Assembly: GCA_001275005.1 (NCBI GenBank)
Contig: JWZX01002565.1
Span: 1-44,869, forward strand
Length of the DNA stretch: 44,869 bases
Source: Chrysochromulina tobinii
Taxonomy: Eukaryota
Direction of reading: 5' to 3'
Below the pieces are notes generated by a model that was not told the origin of the DNA, made no database searches, and worked only from the letters and a program-made list of their open reading frames with translations. Below are positions 20,503-29,279 of this stretch, one piece after another (position 1 is the first letter of the stretch; every line of letters starts with the position of its first letter). The translations under genes and the position numbers were made by a program.

Positions 20503-21750
20503 TCACACACCCGTTCCCTTTTGCCTTTTGGCTACCCTCGGCCGCAGGCGCTGCCGCCATGCCAGCTCGCCCTCACATGTGGGGCAGTCACACGAAAAAC
20601 TGTACTCGCTTAGCGCCGCGTGCCGCCGCGTCACTGGCTGCGCCTCGTCAATGTACGAGATCGTCACTTCGTCGCCGCGCGCGATCGAGCACAGGGCTAT
20701 CAGGCGTGCGCCATGCGTCTCGTCATACTGCACCTCCGCGTTCGGAGAGCAGCTGTGGTTTAGACACGAGAGGTGAGCAAAGATGGCCGCACCCTCAACA
20801 TTGGGCAGCGGCGTCGGCAGAGCTCGAAGCAGCGCGTCATAAGCCTCCCCGCCCGCCCCACGACTCGCTCGGAGAACGCTCACCACTGGGTGCGCCGGAT
20901 TCTCAATCACCACCTCGAGGGCGTTCTGGCGAGCGAGTCCGACAAGCCGGCCCCAGCAAGCCAGGTCGAGCCAGCTGCTCCCACTGCCCTCGGGTGACGT
21001 GACACGGAGCGCCGGATGGTCTCCGAGCGCGGCTCGGAGGAGCTCGAGCGCACGTGCAGCCACATCGCGCATCGACGCGCGGAAGGTGATCACCTCATCG
21101 ACTCGAGTGCTGGGCGCATCGACGGAGGCAAGTGGCAGGACGATTTCATACCAAGATGGCTGGCAAAAGGGACGCCACGGCGCACGAGCCACCGAGACAC
21201 ACGCAGAGCACGGGCGAGCGTCTGGGCGGTGAAACCGACTATCGCGGCAAGTGTCGCACCGAATCTGATCGTAGCGTGCGAGGATACTGGCGACGATGCG
21301 TTCAGCAAGCGCAAAAAAGTAGAAGCCCTTCTCTTGTTCGCGAATGTAGGCATCAAAGCGATGCCTTGCCGCTTTGCGTGACGCGCTGCCTCGGCAGCAC
21401 AGCACTGAATGGGTTCCTCCAATGCTGTGCGCGAGCTCCTCACACGCCGCACTGCAAAACCTCGCCTCACAGCCATTGGCTCGACACGGCACCTCTTCGC
21501 TCATGAAGTCATCTTCGTCACTTGTAAATATGTCTGGGGGCCTCTGGAGCTGCGCTGCATGCTGGAGCTGCAAGGAGATCCGGCCAATTGGACGAAGGCA
21601 GTGCGTGCATGCGCGCACGTCCTCAGGGTTGACATGCAGCGACACGAGCGGGCCCTCTGCAAAGAGGATCGTGCCGGCGTCTGCTGCCGTGCGTGCCTGG
21701 CCGGCTCGGCCGCGTGGCGTGTCCTCGATGAAGCGAAGATGGCGACTCAT
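20503..21750 (-). CDS. SET-MYND (SMYD-type) lysine methyltransferase
   Basis: RGRAG..TAADAGTILFAEGP; MYND CTHC...C...C..FCSAAC...H...C; CLNHSCSPNA; GDEVTISY; post-SET FSCDCPTC. Confidence 0.85.
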   Translation of the reverse strand: MSRHLRFIEDTPRGRAGQARTAADAGTILFAEGPLVSLHVNPEDVRACTHCLRPIGRISLQLQHAAQLQRPPDIFTSDEDDFMSEEVPCRANGCEARFCSAACEELAHSIGGTHSVLCCRGSASRKAARHRFDAYIREQEKGFYFFALAERIVASILARYDQIRCDTCRDSRFHRPDARPCSACVSVARAPWRPFCQPSWYEIVLPLASVDAPSTRVDEVITFRASMRDVAARALELLRAALGDHPALRVTSPEGSGSSWLDLACWGRLVGLARQNALEVVIENPAHPVVSVLRASRGAGGEAYDALLRALPTPLPNVEGAAIFAHLSCLNHSCSPNAEVQYDETHGARLIALCSIARGDEVTISYIDEAQPVTRRHAALSEYSFSCDCPTCEGELAWRQRLRPRVAKRQKGTGV

Positions 21751-21957
21751 GGGTTTGCTGAAGAGACGAAGCGAGGTCAGAAGCCGTGCGCCGGTCGACG
21801 ACGCCGTGTTTGGGCACGTACGGAGAGCGCGATGCGTCTGTACTGCCCCCCTTGTTCCACGTGTTCCACCGTGCTCCACGGAACATGACGGAACCAGTAT
21901 GGAAGTTGAGCCGTTACGTTGGGGCGAGGAGGTGCCCGCGACGGCGGAGCGACTTTT

Positions 21958-22989
21958 ATGCGATTGGCGTCGGCGCTCCGAGTCGGTACCCTTTCTCTTC
22001 TCAGCAGCACACCGCACCTCGTGCGCTCTTCGATGGCTACCGCTACGTGTGCCACCGACACGATCACCCTCCACGACGGCAGACTGCACCCGGCTATTGG
22101 CTACGGCACATACAAGGTCGGCGTCGTGCCGACGAGCGCCAGCTCGGCTGTCGCCTCCGGATCGACGGCGACCGATGCCGTCGACCCGGCCGAGTGCGTG
22201 GCGACCGCGCTCAAGCTTGGCTACCGCTTTCTCGACTGTGCCGAATTCTACGCCAACGAGAAGGCCGTCGGCGAGGGCATCGCCAAGAGTGGCGTGCCGC
22301 GGGACCAACTCTTCCTTGCGTCAAAGGTGTGGACGACGACGATCCACAAGGGGCCGGAGGCGGTGCAAACGCAGCTCGAGAAGACGCTCGCCGACCTGGG
22401 CACCGACTACATCGACCTGTACGCCATCCATTGGCCGGTGCCCGGCAAGCACGTCGAGGCGTACAAGCAGCTCGAGAAAGCGCAGGCAGCGGGCCAGATT
22501 CGATCTCTGGGCATCTCGAACTATGCGGTTGAGGACTATCAGGAGCTGTTTGCGAACGGCGCGACCGTCAAGCCCGTCATCAATCAGATCGAGATCAATC
22601 CCTTCCTCTACCGCAAAAACACGATCGACTTCTTCACGGCTGAAGGTGTGAAGATGCAGAGCTACCGGACTCTGAGGGACGGCAAAGCCTTCGAAGACCC
22701 AACAGTAGTGGCGCTCGCGTCCAAGTACGCGAAGACGGCGGCGCAGATCCTGATGCGCTGGTGCGTGCAACACAGCTTTATCGCCATTCCCAAGTCCACC
22801 AAGGAGGCGCGAATGCTCGAGAATCTCGCCGTGTTCGACTTTGAGCTCGACGCGCCAGATATGGCGACACTCGACGGCCTCACGACCCCCGAGGCGATCG
22901 CTAAGTTTGCGGAGCTGTACCGCAAGTGTGTCGTGCGCGACACGCCGCTCTCGATCGACCTCGCCAAGACGAACATCACGGAGGGCTGA
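21958..22989 (+). CDS. Aldo-keto reductase (AKR1/AKR5-like); alternative start at 22033
   Basis: PAIGYGTY; catalytic tetrad in LDCAEFY, ASKVW, YAIHWP; SLGISNY; INQIEINP; IPKS. Confidence 0.93.
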   Translation: MRLASALRVGTLSLLSSTPHLVRSSMATATCATDTITLHDGRLHPAIGYGTYKVGVVPTSASSAVASGSTATDAVDPAECVATALKLGYRFLDCAEFYANEKAVGEGIAKSGVPRDQLFLASKVWTTTIHKGPEAVQTQLEKTLADLGTDYIDLYAIHWPVPGKHVEAYKQLEKAQAAGQIRSLGISNYAVEDYQELFANGATVKPVINQIEINPFLYRKNTIDFFTAEGVKMQSYRTLRDGKAFEDPTVVALASKYAKTAAQILMRWCVQHSFIAIPKSTKEARMLENLAVFDFELDAPDMATLDGLTTPEAIAKFAELYRKCVVRDTPLSIDLAKTNITEG

Positions 22990-23415
22990 GCGGTGAGCCC
23001 GCGTCGATCGTGACGTGTGCGACGTGCGACCGCGCGAGCTCTGAGCCGTGAGCCGAGGCCCCATGCGGCCGGAGCCGACGCGGACGCGAGCGAGTCACAT
23101 ATTAGTGTCTAATTTGCTTCTCTCGACCGTGCCATGAAAATAAGCACGCCTCGCCCACTGCATTCCACGACGCGCCCCCCGCGCCCCCGCCCGCACCCGA
23201 ATGCCGAATTACTGAAAGTGGTGCAAAAGCGCGCCCTCAGGCGCCCCGCCCCCACGGCCCGCCACCCCTGCCCGCCCGCGCACCATTGCCGCACCAACTC
23301 GAAAAGTGTCTTAAGGGTTGCCATGAGGGCCAAGTCGAGAGTCTTCTGCCTTCAGGAGAGCAACGAGCACTGAATCCGAGCGCGGCGCTCAGCATATCGC
23401 GGCGCTCGGGAGGGC

Positions 23416-24013
23416 TCACTCGTCCGCCGTGTTCAGCCCTTGTTCGTGTCCGGAAGGCGGTTCCTCGTACTCGATGGCCTCCTCGTTCTCGGCCTCGCGC
23501 GCGCCGAAGTAGAAGCCGAAGTGAGAAGCTGCACGCACACGCGCGGCGGTCTCATCGCTGCTGCTGCTGCCCACGACGGCGGCGGCGGCGGCGGTGGCGA
23601 CGACGGTGGCCCCCGCTGCGGGGTCCGTGAAACTGTGCCGTGCGCTGCTGCTCCGTCTGTCCGGACTGGATTCCGCAATCGTGTGAAGTTGCCCCTCGAC
23701 GTCGGCCTGGAGGCCTTCGCATGATTGAGAAGGTAATTGAGAAGGTATCCGCCGAGCTGGCGGCTGCGAGCGTCTGCGGTCTTCGTCATCATCCTCTTCG
23801 CCTGAGGAGGGCTGGAACAGCGGGGTACCCGAGCCGGTACGCCGATGGCCCTTCTTCGCAGGGCCCGTGCGCTTATGCCGAGGCTTGTCGGGCGGCGCTG
23901 GAGGCTCGACAGTGATTCGGACCTCTGAGGTCGTTGCGCCCTCGGCGGAGGAAGCGACGACCGTTGGGGGCGTCCTCTCCGGCACCGGCGGCATCGCACT
24001 CCCAGCGGTGGTA

Positions 24014-24061
<48 letters not shown>

Positions 24062-25519
24062 GCCTTGTTCTCGCTGCCGCCTCGCTCGGTCGGAACGAAA
24101 CCCTGTGAGTCGACGCGGCCCGTGAGGATGCGGAATAGGGAGGTGCCCACGATCAGCGCATTCCACAGCAGATAGAGGGAGCTCCCTAGCTGGAAGGCGA
24201 CGATGTACGGGATATCGGCGCGCTTGGCCATGAGGCTCGCGTTGGCAAAGATGAAGAGGGTGATCACGCCGTAGGTGCCGATGGAATAGTTCATCATGAT
24301 CTGGTTGTACGGCCCGAGCGTTTCGGACTGTGTGCTCAAGATGAGCGAGAAGAGCGGCGTGACGAAGGCGTTGATCGCCGCAGTGACGAGCATGAGCCAA
24401 CGCCACGGCAGCCAATAATACAGTGACGCCTTCTTGCGGCACGAGAGCGACGACTTGCGGATGTCGCGAAAGTGCTGCATCGTCACCTGATCCCACCCAA
24501 TCTCCCAGCGTAGCCGCTGCCGCCAGAGGGCCTTGAACGACTTGGGCGGCAGCTCGCCCGAGCGGCTCTCGGGGCAAAAGCGGATCTTGATATCGCCGAG
24601 GAGCACACGCACTGACAGCTCGATATCCTCCGTCTGCACGTCGTGACGAAACATGTACTTGCGCAGCGTCTCCGTCTTCCACAGCGCATTGGAGCCGCCG
24701 AAGACGCCCATGCGCGTGAGGAACTGCGCGGGGCATGGCGACGAGCCGCTCAGGGAGGCGCTCGGGGGGAAGGGTGCCATCAGAGGCCATCAAGGCCATC
24801 AGAGGCCATCGGAGGCCGTCAGTGGCGCCTTCAGAAGGCGCGTCCGGGAGGCGCGGGCTCACCTGTACTGCCGGGAAGAAGCAAAAGAAGATGACGAAGA
24901 ATTCGGCGTCGAGGATCTTGGCGAGGAGGGTGGGCTTATAGCGCAGGTACGTTGAGCCCTGCACGCAATGGCAATCCTTCCGCCGCATCATCTCCGCCGC
25001 GAACATCAGGCTCGGCGGGTCGGGGTGGTGGTCGGCGTCGTAGATGACCAGAGTCTCCGTTGTGATGAGCGGCAGGCATGCGTTCAGGTTCTCGGCCTTG
25101 CTATGCGAGCCTTCGACCTTCAAGACCCGGAGCGTGCGCCCGTTTGGCCAACGCGTCGCCTCAAGGGCTGGCAGCAGCTCCTGCTCTGCGGCCAGCGGCT
25201 TCGGCGTGTTGTAGCACAGGATAAGCAAAAAGGGCTCCGGGTACTCGAGGTTCTCCATGATGTGCGTCACCGTGCCCTTGAGGATGTGCTGCTCGTTGGG
25301 CAGGTAGCATGGAACCAGCACAGTCACCGATCCGTGGGCAACTTTCACGACGGCAGGCTGTTCCTTGCCGAGATTGGCGACCATGCGCCGGTGCCTGCAT
25401 CGTTGATAGAAGGCCCCCGTGAGCGAGATGATGACGAGCGTGACCACGGCGTTGCACAGCACTAGGATGCCGAGGTAGACCCACGCGCCTGGCGAGTCGC
25501 CGAAGGCCGATGTCGGCAT
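23416..25519 (-). CDS. Processive-type GT2 glycosyltransferase, multi-pass membrane; exons 25519-24863, 24723-23416
   Basis: LVPCYLPNE, KAENLN, YDADHHP, VQG, FGGSN, TEDI, QRLRW (D,D,D,QxxRW) plus TM helices. GT-AG intron 24724-24862 joins PAVQ-FLTR. Confidence 0.88.
24014..24057 (-). repeat. Coding (GCC)n microsatellite, polyalanine
   Basis: About 14 pure GCG repeats on the plus strand within the GT2 C-terminal tail. Confidence 0.9.
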
Positions 25520-25727
25520 ATCGGAACTCAACTCTCGGCCTCCTTTTCGGCCGTTCACGAGCAGCCCCTCTTTTCTCATTGTGAATGGGGGCACCCACGC
25601 CGGCGCCGGGCCGACTCCCCTGTGGGGAAAACGGGGAGGAGTGGTTCACGAGGTATGCGTGCTCTTCGTTCGTTCGTTCGTTTCAGGGGAGGTATGCGTG
25701 CTCTGTGGAAGCGGCTCTGCGGCGGTT

Positions 25728-27836
25728 ATGTCAAGTCAAGTCTACACGTATGCGGTTACGAGGCGCGTGCGATTTCCAAGAATTTGTTGTGCAGCTGTGA
25801 TCTTCACACAAGCGTTGAGCACAATGGCGGCAGCGCTCCAGCTCGCGCCTATCACGTGGGTCCGATCCAAGTCAACTAGCCAAAACCCGCTGGACACGCC
25901 GTCATGGCGGGTCAACATGACACAGGGCTCCTCGTCGTGTGACGAGTTGCGCAAGTGGTGCGGACCGTGCTGCCTGCAGAAGGCCGCGCACGCGGGCCGC
26001 GGCGTGGCCGCTCTGCGCCGAAGGCTGGCGCAGCCGCAAGCGACGCTGCACGTCTCGGTGGTGGGCAACTCGGTCGCGCGCTTCAACAACTTTGGCGTCG
26101 CGCGCGGATTCGTGCACGAGCTGCGGCGCCGCTTCCCGGCCACCAAGGTCACCATCGAGTACGCGCACGTCGCAGGTGGCTTCGAGCCCGACCACCTGTA
26201 CTACTGCGGGCTGAGTTCGCGCAGCCTGCTGCGGGCCGATCTGGTGCTGATCCACTACCACGCGCCCCGCGGCGGACTCGTCTACGAAAAGGTCCTCCGC
26301 CGCCTGCTCGCGCTCCCGCGCAGACCGGTGGTGGCGTACGTGGCGCACTGCACGATGAGTGACTTCTCGTACCACCGCGACTGGGTTGTCGCGCGCGACC
26401 GCGGCCCGTGGGGCTGGCGCATGGGCGACGAGGCGCAGGGCTACTTTGAGCAGCTCCGCGCCGTCGAGCACCGCCTCGTCAGCACCCACTACGGTCTACC
26501 CTTCGCCTCGACGTGCGCCGCGTTCCATAGTATGCTCGGAGCGGTGGACCAGAGCGATCGACTGGTGGACACGTCCTTCGAGCCGACGGTGCATGGCTGG
26601 CTGACGCGCATGGGGCGGCGCTACCTGCCCGAGAGCCTCGCTCGCTCACTCGACCCTACGAGACGCACCGACGTTCTCGGCACCTGGGGCATCGGGGACC
26701 CTTCACAGCTCGCTACTTCACAGCTCGCTACTTCACAGCTCGCGACGGCGCGTCCATGGGCTGGTGCTGGCGGCGTGCCGAGCTGCCAGGACGGCGCCCA
26801 GCTGGCGCACGTGACCGATCTGCAGCGCCCATTCTTCCCACAGGGGGACCATCTGCACCTCGGCCCGAAGGGCTCCGCACTCCAAGCCTGCCTCTTGACA
26901 CACACGCTGCTCGACGCACCACTGACCACCTACGAGGTAGCCGCCGCCGCTCAAGCCGCCGCCGATCCAGCGCGAAGTACGCAAGGGCGGACGCTGCCCG
27001 AGCCGTCGCCCGAGCCGCTGCCCGAGCCGCTGCTTGGTCCGGCGGAGGCGAATCTCTTTTGCGGCACGGGCGCTGGGCGCGGCGGCTTCTGCACGGATAC
27101 GTCGAGTGATGAGCCGACCTTTTGCTTGAGCGCGGTGCCGTCGGCGGCGGAGGCGCTGAGTGGTGGTGATGGCGAGGGCGCAGGCGAGGGCGCAGGCAAG
27201 GGTCCTGGTGCTGTGGGGAAGTTGCCTAGCTGGGTGCGACGTGCAGATGGGTGGAGCTGGGTGCGACGTGGCGGCGCCAACGGCTCGAAAGCGTTCATGC
27301 ACACGACGACGCCGGGCGCTCGGATGCACGTGCGCACGCCGCGGCCCGCCCGCGCCTTCCTCCTCCAAGTGTACCAGCACCATGAGCGCCCACTCGGACG
27401 ATTGCGGGTGGAGGTGCCTGGGATGCGTGAGCTTGGGCGGCATGCGGTCGGCGCCGTGGCGGGCGGCGCCGTGGCGGGCGGGCAGCTGCTCGACCCGTGC
27501 TGTGCGCACCCGGGCTGCCCTGGCAAGCCGATTGGCAAGGGCGGCTACACGATGATGCGCGTGCCTGCGAGCGGCTTCCTTCCGCGGCCGACGACGGACC
27601 TCACCCTGACTGGCCTAGCACCCGAGGGCCCCTCGGAGTGCGCACGCTTGGGGGCGGAGCTCTCGATTGCGGGCATGGTGGGGCTAGCGGCGCCAGGCGA
27701 TCCGCCCAACACGCTGGGCGAGCCGGCGGGCGACAAGGGCGCGTCGGGCGTCCTCAAGCGCGTGCGTGCGCGCAATGGCGGCGCCCGCAGGCGGAGCGGG
27801 CGCTCCGCCTCACACACGCATACTGCTGATTTGTAG
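25728..27836 (+). CDS. SGNH/GDSL-hydrolase-like protein (start uncertain: 25728 or 25824)
   Basis: Block I VSVVGNSVA, HVAGG, ADLVLIHY and distal GDHLHLG (DxxH), followed by a beta-rich C-terminal domain. Confidence 0.6.
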   Translation: MSSQVYTYAVTRRVRFPRICCAAVIFTQALSTMAAALQLAPITWVRSKSTSQNPLDTPSWRVNMTQGSSSCDELRKWCGPCCLQKAAHAGRGVAALRRRLAQPQATLHVSVVGNSVARFNNFGVARGFVHELRRRFPATKVTIEYAHVAGGFEPDHLYYCGLSSRSLLRADLVLIHYHAPRGGLVYEKVLRRLLALPRRPVVAYVAHCTMSDFSYHRDWVVARDRGPWGWRMGDEAQGYFEQLRAVEHRLVSTHYGLPFASTCAAFHSMLGAVDQSDRLVDTSFEPTVHGWLTRMGRRYLPESLARSLDPTRRTDVLGTWGIGDPSQLATSQLATSQLATARPWAGAGGVPSCQDGAQLAHVTDLQRPFFPQGDHLHLGPKGSALQACLLTHTLLDAPLTTYEVAAAAQAAADPARSTQGRTLPEPSPEPLPEPLLGPAEANLFCGTGAGRGGFCTDTSSDEPTFCLSAVPSAAEALSGGDGEGAGEGAGKGPGAVGKLPSWVRRADGWSWVRRGGANGSKAFMHTTTPGARMHVRTPRPARAFLLQVYQHHERPLGRLRVEVPGMRELGRHAVGAVAGGAVAGGQLLDPCCAHPGCPGKPIGKGGYTMMRVPASGFLPRPTTDLTLTGLAPEGPSECARLGAELSIAGMVGLAAPGDPPNTLGEPAGDKGASGVLKRVRARNGGARRRSGRSASHTHTADL

Positions 27837-28005
27837 CTGATTTGAGCCGAAGATTTCTTGGATAGCCCGCCTAAGGCTGTCTCGCTTGGAGCGGAACTGA
27901 ACTGAACTGCACTTGGAGCGTTTACGAAAAAGGTGAGCCACCACAACACCGTCGTGTTCACGCCTGGCCGGAAATTTCTAGTGAACGTGCGACGTGGAAG
28001 GAGAA

Positions 28006-28992
28006 ATGGTTAGAGCCTGCTCCACGTCGCCCACGCGTCGACAGCTGCGCTCCCCAAACCAGCGCGCTGAAATTTACTCATCTGCCTGTGCACCTTGTGC
28101 TGCAGGTGAAGCCACGTGCAGAGCCGACGACGCTGTACGCCAAGGGCAAGATCCTCGGCTACAAGCGGTATGCGACACAAGCCGCTCTCGCAAAGCGATT
28201 GCCTGAGATGGGCCATGGCCTGCGCGGGCCTGGCGGCGGCGCGCGCTGCGAGGTCGCGGCAATATCTTTTCTGAACAGCCTGCTGCCGCCGCTCGCAGGA
28301 GCAAGGCCAACCAGTACGAGAACACGTCGCTCATCAAGATCGAGCACGTCAACGCGAAGGCGGACACTGACTTCTACTTGGGCAAGCGGTGCGACCGCCT
28401 CGCCCGATGCTCGCGCAGCCTGCTCGCGGACGCGTGCCATGGTCGCCAGCGCAATGCGACGATGCGGCACCAGCGGTGACGATGGGACGGCAGCGGCGGA
28501 GAGGGCCAGCGACAGCATGCGGAACTCAGTGCCATTGGTTGCGCAACGCAGCCGTCGGCGGCATCACCTCGATGCGGCCGGCAGCTACGGCGTGGCTGTG
28601 CGGTACTGCCACAGCGGCGTTACTGCTGTGACGGCGGCAGCGGGGCAGCAGCAGCCACAGAAGCAGCCACCGCAGGAGCCGCATCTACAGCGAGGCTCCG
28701 CTGCTCAGCCAGCGTGCTCGCACCGTCCGCACTCGACGCCGTCCGCCCCCCTGCGATCCAAGCCCTGTCGGTTCCACTCGCTGACCGCGTCTGATCCCGT
28801 CTCGCTCGCAGCGTCGCCTACATCTACAAGGCGAAGACGGAGATCAACGGCACCAAGTTCCGCGCTATCTGGGGCAAGGTATGCCGGGCGCACGGCAACA
28901 ACGGCGTGGTGCGTTGCAAGTTCCGCAAGAACCTACCGCCCACCTCGATCGCCGGCAACTGCCGCGTCATGCTCTACCCGTCGCGCATCTAA
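28006..28992 (+). CDS. RPL35A: 60S ribosomal protein L35a (eL33); exons 28006-28008, 28106-28167, 28299-28388, 28812-28992
   Basis: Spliced product [37 protein letters not shown]...[14 protein letters not shown]...[25 protein letters not shown]...RVMLYPSRI. Three GT-AG introns with matching phases. Confidence 0.95.
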
Positions 28993-29279
28993 GCGGCGCG
29001 CCGAACTATAGACAATCCGAGGTCCCTACACCTCGAGTGTTGAGTGTTAACATCGGAGGTATTTTGCATGAACCTCTGTGATTTAGAGCGTCACAGGAAC
29101 ATCGTCGTCGGTCCCGTCCTGCACACAGCTATCAGCTGATGAGGCGTGCTCCCAAAGTGGGTGGGGCTGGGCTGCTGCTTGCAAAACTTGGGGTCGGCAT
29201 GCAATGCACCCTAACTTTTCAAGCATTTTCAAGGCACGTCTTTCAACTTCTCAACCGGACATCCTTCTTGAAGCAATCC

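Noticed and set aside
20503..22308. 601-aa ORF as a full-length SMYD with long N-terminal extension
   Set aside because: The first ~186 codons are the antisense of the AKR gene and the intergenic gap. SET homology begins at the ATG at 21750.
28389..28811. snoRNA hosted in the long RPL35A intron
   Set aside because: I could not find a convincing C box (RUGAUGA) with D box and terminal stem, or an H/ACA structure. A covariance-model search would be needed.
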